Source: Phycisphaerales bacterium (GTDB taxonomy: Bacteria > Planctomycetota > Phycisphaerae > Phycisphaerales > UBA1924). From it: 51,949 nucleotides of DNA. Numbering within the stretch: the stretch's first letter is position 1; each line of letters opens with the position of its first letter. Positions 43,870 to 51,949 of the stretch are shown here, one piece after another. Below the pieces are notes generated by a model. It had not been told where the DNA came from and made no database searches. It worked only from the letters and a program-made list of their open reading frames with translations. The position numbers were made by a program, and so were the translations under genes. The stretch lies in assembly GCA_035298585.1 (NCBI GenBank), contig DATGXW010000390.1:1-51949 (forward strand). Reading direction: 5' to 3'.

Positions 43870-45092
43870 TCACCCAGACGCTTGCACTCCTGGTCGATGC
43901 ATACCGCGAGCTGAACGCCAAGCGCCTCTTTTGGATCGTCCTGCTCCTCTCGGCTCTCTTTGTCGGGGCGATGGCTTCGATCGGGATCAACGACAAGGGA
44001 ATTACGATCCTGCAGTGGTCCTTCGAAAACGAGTTCATGAACACCAAGACGCTGACGAAGGCGGCGTTCTACAAGTCGGTGGTCTTCATCCCGATCGGCT
44101 TCAACATCTGGCTTTCGTGGGCGGCGACGATCCTCGCGCTCATCTCCACCGCGTCGATCATCCCTGATTTCATCAGCTCGGGCTCGATCGAGCTTGCCCT
44201 CTCGCGCCCGATCGGCCGCCTCCGACTGTTTCTGACCAAGTATGCGACAGGGCTGCTCTTTGTCACCCTCCAGGTCGCGGTCTTCAGTCTCGGTGCCTTC
44301 CTGGTGATCGGCATCCGCGGGGAGTCGTGGGAACCGCGGATCTTCATGTCGATCCCGCTGATCGTCGCGTTTTTCAGCTACCTCTTTGCCTTCTGCGCCC
44401 TGGTCGGCCTCATCACCCGGTCCACCATCGCCTCGCTTTTGGTGACGATACTGCTGTGGGTGGCGATTTTCCTGGTGCACACGGCCGAAGCCTCGGTTCT
44501 TCTGGGCCTGAAGGAGCGCCAGCAGGTTCGCATCGAGCAGCTTGAGAAGTCCGTGCAGGTGGATCTCCCCAAGCGGATCGCCGAGCAGGAAGCCAAGGCC
44601 GTGAAGCCAGCCGAACCCGCCTCGGCCCCCTCCGACAGCAGCCCCGAGGCGGGCAAGGCACGCGAGGAGTTCGAGCGGGCCGGACGGCTCGCGGACCGTG
44701 CACAGGAACGTGCGGATCGCATGAAGCAACAACTGGTCGAACGCACAAAGAAGCTCGAAGAGGCCAGGGAGGCATTGCCGAAGCTTGAAGGCTGGCACAA
44801 GCTCTTCTTTGCGGTGAAAACCCTCCTCCCCAAGACCTCCGAGACGCTCAAGCTGCTGGAGCGGGAGGTCACCTCGATCTCGGATCTTCAGGGGTTGAGC
44901 AACAACCGCCAGCAGAGCGTCGATCTCGAAGAGGGTGACCGCGAACTCAATATCGACGACCGCGACATCGCGCTGCGGGTCGAAAATGCCATGCGCGAGC
45001 GGTCCGTCTGGTGGGTGCTCGGAACGTCCCTGGTCTTTGAGGGCGTCATCCTGGGGATCGCGTCCTGGATCTTTGTACGTCGGGACTTCTAA
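43866..45092 (+). CDS. ABC-2-type permease-like membrane protein with a long coiled-coil insertion
   Basis: ATG 43866 overlaps the ATPase stop as ATGA. It has about 5 N-terminal TM helices, then ~190 aa of charged heptad-like sequence (LKERQQVRIEQLEK...RAQERADRMKQQLVERTKKLEEAREALPKLE...), then a final TM helix (WWVLGTSLVFEGVILGIASWIF). Confidence 0.7.
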   Translation: MITQTLALLVDAYRELNAKRLFWIVLLLSALFVGAMASIGINDKGITILQWSFENEFMNTKTLTKAAFYKSVVFIPIGFNIWLSWAATILALISTASIIPDFISSGSIELALSRPIGRLRLFLTKYATGLLFVTLQVAVFSLGAFLVIGIRGESWEPRIFMSIPLIVAFFSYLFAFCALVGLITRSTIASLLVTILLWVAIFLVHTAEASVLLGLKERQQVRIEQLEKSVQVDLPKRIAEQEAKAVKPAEPASAPSDSSPEAGKAREEFERAGRLADRAQERADRMKQQLVERTKKLEEAREALPKLEGWHKLFFAVKTLLPKTSETLKLLEREVTSISDLQGLSNNRQQSVDLEEGDRELNIDDRDIALRVENAMRERSVWWVLGTSLVFEGVILGIASWIFVRRDF

Positions 45093-45107
45093 CCCGTGCG
45101 GTCGCGG

Positions 45108-45947
45108 TCACGCCCTGCCGAGTTCGCGTCCGCGGTCACGGGCCGCGATGATCGCACGGGCCATGATGCCGTGGACGTCGGCGTTGTCCATGACCCCGGT
45201 CGCGGCGGCGGTGGTCCCGCCCTTGCTGGTGACGGCGGCCCGGAGTTCGTGTGCGTCTCGCCCGTCCACCGCGAGCAGCCCGGCGGCTCCGATCAGCGTC
45301 TGGCGGGTGAGCGTGCGAGCGGTCTTCTCATCAAACCCGCACTCGATCGCGCCCCGCTGCATCGCCTCGGCAAGGTAGAAGAGATACGCCGGGCCCGATC
45401 CCGCGACGGCGGTGAAGGCGTCCACGAGGTGCTCGGGGAGCGGGACCACCACGGGTCCGACCGACTCGAAAATCGCTCGGACATACGCGGCGTCATCCGT
45501 GCTGGCGCTCATCGATGGCGTGATCGATGTCGCGCCCGCGCCGATCGAGGCCGGGAGATTCGGCATCACGCGGACGATGTGCGTCGCCGGGCTCAGCACA
45601 TCAGTAAGCCGCTCGATCGTCACGCCGGCGAGGATGGATATCACCAGTTCCTTGCCCGACAGGTGCGGCCTTAAGTCCCGGGCAACGTCTGTCAGCATCT
45701 GGGGCTTGACGGCAAGCAGGATCGGCCGCACTCCCGCGGCGGCTTCGAGCTCTCGGCAGGCGGCGCTGACGGAGGAGAACGTCGCCAGGCCCGCGTGCTG
45801 AAAATCCGCGTGCTTGGCGGTCTCCGGCTCGGCGACCACCCCGCCCCGGAAGACGGTCAGCCCCTTGCCGTGTGCACCGAGCACGATCGCACGTGCCATG
45901 TTTCCCCCGCCGATCACAAGCGGCGGGAGATAGGTCGTCGCGCCCAT
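45108..45947 (-). CDS. proC: pyrroline-5-carboxylate reductase
   Basis: Motifs are VIGGGNMARAIV, VRVMPNLPA and VTSKGGTTAAA. Confidence 0.95.
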   Translation of the reverse strand: MGATTYLPPLVIGGGNMARAIVLGAHGKGLTVFRGGVVAEPETAKHADFQHAGLATFSSVSAACRELEAAAGVRPILLAVKPQMLTDVARDLRPHLSGKELVISILAGVTIERLTDVLSPATHIVRVMPNLPASIGAGATSITPSMSASTDDAAYVRAIFESVGPVVVPLPEHLVDAFTAVAGSGPAYLFYLAEAMQRGAIECGFDEKTARTLTRQTLIGAAGLLAVDGRDAHELRAAVTSKGGTTAAATGVMDNADVHGIMARAIIAARDRGRELGRA

Positions 45948-45966
45948 GGCGTGTGCACTCCCTGGT

Positions 45967-46641
45967 TCAGCCGTTGGACTGCATCTGCTTGATGAACGTG
46001 TCCGCCTCGTTGATCGCCGCTTCCATCTCCTTGATCAGAGAAGTGACGTCAGTCTCGACCTGGGTCGCCGTCCCCTGGAGCGAGGCGATCGCGCGGGCGT
46101 TGAGGTTGTGCTTGAGGAACAGGACCTGGTCCTTGAACTTGACCAGGACGGGATCCATCTTCGAGGCGGCGTTCTTCATGGCCGCGAGCAGCTTCTCGTA
46201 CTGGCTCTGCGTCTCGTCGAGCTGCTTCTTGCTCATCGAACGCAGCGAAGCATCCGAATACTGCTTGAGCTCGGCTTCCCATTCCTTGAAGAGCGCCGCC
46301 GCGACAGTCTCGACGCTCGCGATGCGGTCGCGCACATCCTGGGCCTGGGATTCGCTCTTCTCGTACGAGCTCTTGAGCGTCGAGTACTTCTGCTCGAGCT
46401 CCCTGGTCGTGGGGCTGCCGCCCACCCCCGTCACCGCCAGGAACTCGGCCAGCGCTGATTCGAACTGCTCCTTGGCCTCGACCTGCTCATCCCGTGCGTC
46501 GGCGACGCGGTCGACGAGCTGCTCGCGCTTGGCGTAGCCAAACGCCTCGCGGACGGCGATCCCGGTTGAAGAGCAGCCGGCCAGGGGCAGGACGCTAAGA
46601 CCCGCGGTGGACAGCAAGAGCAGCAGTGCGGTGTTCTTCAT
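45967..46641 (-). CDS. DUF2959-family lipoprotein
   Basis: ATG 46641 gives the signal and lipobox LLLLLSTAGLSVLPLAGC. VDRVADARDEQVEAKEQFESAL and VLFLKHNLNARAIASLQG match the DUF2959 pattern as I recall it. Confidence 0.65.
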   Translation of the reverse strand: MKNTALLLLLSTAGLSVLPLAGCSSTGIAVREAFGYAKREQLVDRVADARDEQVEAKEQFESALAEFLAVTGVGGSPTTRELEQKYSTLKSSYEKSESQAQDVRDRIASVETVAAALFKEWEAELKQYSDASLRSMSKKQLDETQSQYEKLLAAMKNAASKMDPVLVKFKDQVLFLKHNLNARAIASLQGTATQVETDVTSLIKEMEAAINEADTFIKQMQSNG

Positions 46642-46815
46642 GGCTCGTTCCTCGTGCATGCAGAGTGTAGTTCCACGCCGTCCTCGGCGGGACCCGGTTC
46701 ATCGCCCCCCGCTCGAAACCGCGAGTCCCCTTCTACGATGAAGTCCTGCCGGCCGCGTGATGTTCGGGAGATCGAACGCCCGCGGCGGCGTCTTCGGACG
46801 ACTGGAGGCTGGAAG

Positions 46816-47931
46816 ATGGGCATTTTCGATGCACTCCGCGGCGAACTGATCGACATCATCGAGTGGCTTGATTCGACGCCGGACACGCTCGTCTGGCGGT
46901 ACCCGCGGCATGACAACGAGATTAAGAACGGCGCCAGGCTGATCGTCCGCGAGGGGCAGGTCGCGGTCTTCGTCAACGAAGGCCAGGTCGCCGACGTCTT
47001 CCTCTTCCCCGGCACCTTCACGCTCACCACCCAGAATCTCCCGATCCTGGGGAAGCTCAAGGGGTGGAAGCACGGATTCGAAAGCCCGTTCAAGGCCGAG
47101 GTCTACTTCGTCAGCACGCGGCGGTTCACCGACCTCAAGTGGGGGACGATGAACCCCATCATGCTCCGGGATCCGGAGTTCGGCCCTGTCCGCCTCCGCG
47201 CCTTTGGGACGTACGTGCTCAAGGTCGAGAAGCCGGTCGAACTCATCCGCGCCGCCGTCGGCACCGACGCACGCTTCTCGACCGACGAGATCTCGACCCA
47301 GATCCGCAACATGATCGTCTCGCAGTTCGCAGAGTCTGTCGGCGAGTGCAAGCTCGCCGCGCTCGACCTGGCCGCCAACTACGACGCGATCGCACGGGAC
47401 ATGCAGGCCAAGCTCGCCCCCGAGATCGGTGCGTACGGGTTGTCAGTCCCGACGCTCCTGATCGAGAACATCTCGCTGCCCCCCGAGGTGGAGAAGGCGC
47501 TCGACAAACGCACCAGCATGGGCGTGATCGGCGATCTCAACCGCTTCACGCAGTTCCAGGCGGCCAACGCCATCGGCGATGCCGCCAACAACCCGGGCGG
47601 CGCGGCCGGGACCGGCGTGGGCCTGGGCGCGGGCATCGCGATGGGGCAGGCGATGGCAAACGCGATGTCGGCCCAGTCGCAGGTCGCGCAGGGCGCGGGG
47701 CACGCGCCGCCTCCCCTGGCGGTCTTCCATGTCGCGATCAACGGCCAGCAGGCCGGCCCCTTTGATTCGGGAACGCTCGCCGCCAAGGCCCGCACCGGCG
47801 AGGTCAGCGCGGCGACACTCGTGTGGGCCCCGGGCATGAGTGCGTGGACCCCTGCCGGACAGGTTGCCGCGCTGGCCCCGATTTTCGGCGCTTCCGGCGG
47901 CGCGGTTCCGCCGCCTCTGCCGCCCCGCTGA
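46816..47931 (+). CDS. SPFH/Band-7 superfamily protein (COG4260, YdjI-like) with a C-terminal GYF_2 (DUF4339) domain
   Basis: ATG 46816 lies after GGAGG. The N-terminus MGIFDALRGELIDIIEWLD...LVWRYP...NEIKNGARLIVREGQVAVFV is typical of the family. The C-terminus is FHVAINGQQAGPFDSGTLAAKARTGEVSAATLVWAPGMSAWTPAGQV. Confidence 0.78.
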   Translation: MGIFDALRGELIDIIEWLDSTPDTLVWRYPRHDNEIKNGARLIVREGQVAVFVNEGQVADVFLFPGTFTLTTQNLPILGKLKGWKHGFESPFKAEVYFVSTRRFTDLKWGTMNPIMLRDPEFGPVRLRAFGTYVLKVEKPVELIRAAVGTDARFSTDEISTQIRNMIVSQFAESVGECKLAALDLAANYDAIARDMQAKLAPEIGAYGLSVPTLLIENISLPPEVEKALDKRTSMGVIGDLNRFTQFQAANAIGDAANNPGGAAGTGVGLGAGIAMGQAMANAMSAQSQVAQGAGHAPPPLAVFHVAINGQQAGPFDSGTLAAKARTGEVSAATLVWAPGMSAWTPAGQVAALAPIFGASGGAVPPPLPPR

Positions 47932-47967
47932 CGCCCTGAACATCGTCCCTGATGTCCATCCCCAACC

Positions 47968-49128
47968 ATGCCGCACAATCGCGACGATGCAAACGAGGTG
48001 GTTGAGGTCTCCGATGGCGGATTGCCCCCGGCGGCAACCGACGAGGGGACCCGCTTTCCGTGCGCCAAGTGCGGCGCGAAGCTTGAGTTCAAGCCGGGCG
48101 CGGAGTCCCTCCACTGTCCTTACTGCGGCCACGAGAACGCCATCGAGGGTTCGGGGCGGATCGTCGAGGAGCTCAACTTCTCGGAGGCCCTGGCCGACCT
48201 CGCCTCCACCGCGGAGCAGACCGAGCACGAACTGGTCAAGTGCGACGCCTGCGCCGCCGAGATCGACCGTCCGCCCAACGTCACTTCGCTGTCTTGCCCA
48301 TACTGCGGCAGCAACATCGTGCTGCAATCGATCATGCGGCGCACGATCAAGCCGCGGTCGCTGCTTCCGTTTGCGATCGAACGCCGCGGGGCCGCCGACC
48401 GCGTCCGGGGCTGGATCAAGTCGCTCTGGTTCGCGCCCAGCGCGATCAGGCGATTCGCCGACGTCGACGGCGTCATCAAGGGCATCTATTACCCCGCCTG
48501 GACCTATGACTGCAGGACCGTGACCGACTACACCGGCTTTCGCGGCGACGCCTACTACGTGAACGTGAGCTACACGGCGATCGAGAACGGCAAGAGCGTC
48601 CGGCGGACCCGGCGTGAACGGAGGATCCGCTGGAGCCCGCGCTGGGGCACCGTGCACAACACCTTCGACGATGTGCTGGTCCTCGCCAGCCGCTCACTCC
48701 CCGATGACTACGCACGGTCGCTCGAACCGTGGGACCTCAAGTCGCTCGCGCCGTACCAGGACCAGTACCTCGCCGGGTTCCTGGCAGAGAGCTACTCGAT
48801 CGACCTGACGGCCGGCTTTGACATCGCCAAGGAGCTGATGTCGCCGCACATCGATGCGACGATCCGCCGTGACATCGGGGGTGATGAGCAGCGGATCACC
48901 AGCCGGCGCACGCAGTACCACGCCATCACCTTCAAGCACATCCTGCTGCCGATCTGGATCGGGGCCTACCGCTTCAAGAGCAAGCTCTACCGCGTGCTGA
49001 TCAACGCACGGACGGGCGAGGTCCAGGGCGAGCGTCCGTACAGCTGGATCAAGATCACGCTCGCGGTGCTGGCGGCCATCATCGTCATCGCCGGGGTCGC
49101 GGCGATCATCCACGCGAACCAGCGCTGA
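47968..49128 (+). CDS. double zinc-ribbon protein with a C-terminal TM anchor (YdjG-like)
   Basis: Two CxxC...CxxC ribbons are present (CAKCG..17..CPYCG and CDACA..15..CPYCG). The terminal TM helix is ITLAVLAAIIVIAGVAAII. Confidence 0.68.
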   Translation: MPHNRDDANEVVEVSDGGLPPAATDEGTRFPCAKCGAKLEFKPGAESLHCPYCGHENAIEGSGRIVEELNFSEALADLASTAEQTEHELVKCDACAAEIDRPPNVTSLSCPYCGSNIVLQSIMRRTIKPRSLLPFAIERRGAADRVRGWIKSLWFAPSAIRRFADVDGVIKGIYYPAWTYDCRTVTDYTGFRGDAYYVNVSYTAIENGKSVRRTRRERRIRWSPRWGTVHNTFDDVLVLASRSLPDDYARSLEPWDLKSLAPYQDQYLAGFLAESYSIDLTAGFDIAKELMSPHIDATIRRDIGGDEQRITSRRTQYHAITFKHILLPIWIGAYRFKSKLYRVLINARTGEVQGERPYSWIKITLAVLAAIIVIAGVAAIIHANQR

Positions 49129-49314
49129 TCCTCTCGCGGGGGTGGGCAGGCCTTGGAGGAAGGTGAGGAAATCGCCCGAATCACGGCCTGTCACCGAACG
49201 CGATCCGATAATGAGCGTGCAGAACGCCGCACGAATGCCTCCGGCGCCGCTTTCGCGCAGATGTTCATCGTGAAATGACATTCTAAAGGCGCGACCCAAC
49301 CTAATATCCGCACC

Positions 49315-50400
49315 GTGTCGTCCCTCGAACGCAAAGCCGGCACGGGCCCCGTGTCAATCCATGATGTCGCCGCCGCGGCGGAGGTTTCCATCGCGACTGT
49401 CAGTCGCGTGATGAACAACCTGCCGGGCGTCGCGCCAGACACCGCCGCGCGGGTCCGCAAGGTCATCGAACGTCTTGGCTATTCCCCCAATCCGCTCGCC
49501 AAGGTCCTGGGATCGGGCGAGACGAGGGTGCTGGGGCTCGCGCTACCCCGCTTCCACGGCGAGTTCATGTCGTGGCTCCTGCACGGGGCCGACGAGGAAG
49601 CCACGCGTCTTGGCTATCACCTGATGATGACGACGATCACCAAGCGTGACGGGCGTGACGTCGTGGGTGATGCCCCCGAGCGGCCGGGCCAGCCGGCCGT
49701 GTCTCAGATCCGCGGGCCGATCGTCGGCTCCAAGCTCATCGACGCCATGGCCGTGGTGATCACCGAAGCCACCGACCCGCTCATCGACCAGGTCGTGAGG
49801 ACCGGCATCCCGACCGTGGTCATCGACACCGATCTCAGCGACCGGGGGCTTGACAGCGTCGTGCTCGACAACGACAAGGGCACCGTGGAGGCCGTCGACC
49901 ACCTTCTCCGGTGGGTTGAGCCGCAGAAGCTGCACTTTGTCGGCGGGCCGCGCGGCAACTTCGACACCCAGCGGCGGGCCGCCGCCTTCTCCGCAGCCCT
50001 CGCGGGGCGGGGCTGCGCGGTCGACCCCGAGCAGATCGCGATGGGTGACTATTCGGTCGACTGGGGCAAGGAGTGGGCGGTGCGAATGCTCCAGAAGAAG
50101 GCCCTCGAGGGCGGTGTGCTCGCCGCCAACGACAAGATCGCGCTGGGCATCATGCGCGTCGCGGAGGAAGCACGGATCTGGGTTCCCGACCAGCTCCGCG
50201 TGGTGGGTTTCAACGACTCGGAGCTTTCCCGGGTCGTCCGTCCCAGACTTTCGACGGTCGCACTCCCGATGCACGAAATGGGTGCGATGGCAGTCCGGAT
50301 GCTGGTCCGGCGGATCGAAGACCGGACGGCCCCGGCCAGGTGCGTCAAGCTGCCGACGCGTCTGACGGTCCGTGAGAGCAGCACGGCCATGAACTTCTGA
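49315..50400 (+). CDS. LacI/GalR-family transcriptional regulator
   Basis: The HTH is SIHDVAAAAEVSIATVSRVMNN, followed by a periplasmic-binding-fold core. The track start is GTG 49315, but GTG 49351 (VSIHDVA...) fits the family N-terminus better. Confidence 0.88.
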   Translation: MSSLERKAGTGPVSIHDVAAAAEVSIATVSRVMNNLPGVAPDTAARVRKVIERLGYSPNPLAKVLGSGETRVLGLALPRFHGEFMSWLLHGADEEATRLGYHLMMTTITKRDGRDVVGDAPERPGQPAVSQIRGPIVGSKLIDAMAVVITEATDPLIDQVVRTGIPTVVIDTDLSDRGLDSVVLDNDKGTVEAVDHLLRWVEPQKLHFVGGPRGNFDTQRRAAAFSAALAGRGCAVDPEQIAMGDYSVDWGKEWAVRMLQKKALEGGVLAANDKIALGIMRVAEEARIWVPDQLRVVGFNDSELSRVVRPRLSTVALPMHEMGAMAVRMLVRRIEDRTAPARCVKLPTRLTVRESSTAMNF

Positions 50401-50516
50401 CGGTTGCCGCCGGGCCTGCCTGGCTTGTCTGCCATTACCCGCAATGGACCAGGATCCGTCTGGCCGCTCCCCCCCGCTGAGCGTTACCGTGCCGGGGGTG
50501 GTATTCTCATGGCCTG

Positions 50517-51650
50517 ATGGTTCGACGCATGCACATCCTCCGCGCTGGGGGCCCTCCGGCCGCCGCCTTGCTCCTGTGTGCACTTGTGCACACCGCTTCC
50601 GCCCAGCAGAAGACGTACACCATCGGTGAGGGCGAGGAATGGCAAGTCTCGCAGGCACCCGAGGCCGGGAGCGACGCCGACGTCATCGGCCGGGCCCGTG
50701 AGATGATCGCCCAGGGCCGCGAGGCGATGGCCGAGTCGCTCCTGGACGGCTGGATCGAGCGCAACGAGCGGACGGACAACCCCTGGCTTGCACACGCGTA
50801 TCTGGCCCGGGGAGATGCACGCCGCCTGCGCGACCGCGAGGTTCCCGCGCTCGAGGACTACGAAGAGATCATCAAGAACTTCCCAGGTTCGGACGCCTAT
50901 GTGACGGCCATCGTGCGTGAGCTTGACATCGGTCTTGCGTATCTCAACGGCCTGCGAAAGAAGTTCCTTGGCATGCGGATCGAGCCCGCGGAGCGTGCGG
51001 GCGAGGAGATCCTTATCCGCGTGTGCCAGCGGCTCCCCAAGAGCCGGATCGCCGAAGAGGCCCTGATGATGCTCGGCGATTACTACTACCGCGTCCGCGA
51101 CATGCGGATGGCGGCCGATGCCTATGAGATTTTCCTCAGGCTCTTCCCGCAGAGCGAGATGCGACAGCGCGCGATGCAGCGGCGCGTCTACGCGAACATC
51201 GCCCGGTTCAAGGGTCCCGCGTACGACGCGTCGGGCCTCCGCGAGGCCAGGTTCCTCATCGAGGATTACAAGGCTCGCTACCCGCAGAGCGCCGAGCGCG
51301 ACGGGCTCGACGAGGCCCTCATCGCCCGGCTCGACGAGTCGGCCGCCGTCCAGATGCTCGAGACCGCCCAGTGGTACCTGCGCCGCAAGGATCCTGTCGC
51401 CGCCCGCCTGACGGTTTCACGCCTCCTGCGGCGCCATCCCCAGACCGTCGCGGCGATCCGCGCGCAGGAGATGATCGACGAGTACGGCTGGACCATGCCG
51501 CGGTCGGCACGCGTGATCGAGGAGGAACGCGAGGCCGCCGAGGACGCCGCCGACGCCCAGCCCGCGCCGACCGATGCCGCACCACCCGGCACCCCGCCCC
51601 CCGCCGAGGAGGGTGCTGAGACCACAAGCCCCACGGGAGGTGGACGGTGA
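50517..51650 (+). CDS. BamD/YfiO-like TPR outer-membrane assembly protein with an acidic/Pro-rich tail
   Basis: The signal peptide is AAALLLCALVHTASA. TPR-like repeats are present (AHAYLARGDARRL, LMMLGDYYYRVRDMRMAADAYEIFLRLFPQS and AQWYLRRKDPVAARL). Confidence 0.6.
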   Translation: MVRRMHILRAGGPPAAALLLCALVHTASAQQKTYTIGEGEEWQVSQAPEAGSDADVIGRAREMIAQGREAMAESLLDGWIERNERTDNPWLAHAYLARGDARRLRDREVPALEDYEEIIKNFPGSDAYVTAIVRELDIGLAYLNGLRKKFLGMRIEPAERAGEEILIRVCQRLPKSRIAEEALMMLGDYYYRVRDMRMAADAYEIFLRLFPQSEMRQRAMQRRVYANIARFKGPAYDASGLREARFLIEDYKARYPQSAERDGLDEALIARLDESAAVQMLETAQWYLRRKDPVAARLTVSRLLRRHPQTVAAIRAQEMIDEYGWTMPRSARVIEEEREAAEDAADAQPAPTDAAPPGTPPPAEEGAETTSPTGGGR

Positions 51651-51949
51651 ACGCGCTTCGAACCACCCTCGCCGCGTTGGCTGCCGGCGGGCTGCTCCTG
51701 CTTCCCGCGTGTGCATCCGACCCCCGCGAAGGCTACTCCTTCACCTCCGCACACAGCGAGGAGTACAAGACCATCGCCATCGAGGTCTTTGAAAACGACA
51801 CCTTCTCCACCGGTATCGAGGCTCAGCTCTCCGAGGCCATCGCCAAGGAGATCATGCGCACCACCAAGTGGAAGGTGACCTCCGGACGTCGCGCTGACAC
51901 CGTCCTCAGCGGCACCGTCACCACCTCCGAACTGCGCGCACTCTCGAGC
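51647..51949 (+). CDS. LptE-like lipoprotein, 5' part (runs off the window)
   Basis: GTG 51647 overlaps the BamD-like stop as GTGA. The signal and lipobox are LAALAAGGLLLLPAC. IAIEVFENDTFSTGIEAQLSEAIAKEI resembles the LptE N-terminal pattern. Confidence 0.5.
   Translation, partial: MNALRTTLAALAAGGLLLLPACASDPREGYSFTSAHSEEYKTIAIEVFENDTFSTGIEAQLSEAIAKEIMRTTKWKVTSGRRADTVLSGTVTTSELRALSS

Overview
This is a high-G+C (about two-thirds G+C by eye), densely coding bacterial chromosomal segment. I call about 47 protein genes and one tRNA-Ser(CGA). I recognise no rRNA, CRISPR array, transposase, integrase or phage gene. The gene content suggests a Planctomycetota/PVC-like organism (inference, no search run). 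It includes two Hanks-type Ser/Thr kinases, one translationally coupled to an ECF sigma factor, a HAF-repeat protein with a PEP-CTERM-like tail, a TPR/GT41 glycosyltransferase, BamD- and LptE-like genes, and many lipoproteins and low-complexity proteins. Recognisable housekeeping genes are rnr, an RND efflux pair, dut, def-fmt, kdsB, proC, cobB, an APC permease, a DASS symporter, two ABC ATPases, a peptidoglycan amidase and a LacI-type regulator. Most long ORFs opposite these genes are high-GC shadow ORFs and are not reported. The window reads as core chromosome rather than an accessory island, and I cannot support any known defence or mobile system. The observations most worth follow-up are listed here. 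(1) A kinase-CHASE2 gene is coupled to two tandem paralogous proteins that share an unassigned module. (2) A poly-acidic 104-aa protein is coupled to a conserved-looking partner behind a ~470-bp non-coding leader. (3) A 24-codon lysine-rich micro-ORF has its own Shine-Dalgarno sequence and a textbook intrinsic terminator. (4) The palindrome GTGCAC is roughly 3-fold over-represented across the window. (5) A def-fmt operon continues into an HExxH protein. (6) A degenerate QueC-like protein lies next to the sirtuin. (7) An SPFH/double-zinc-ribbon pair resembles YdjI/YdjG. All family names come from reading motifs in the translations and recalling family consensus; no HMM or BLAST search was run.
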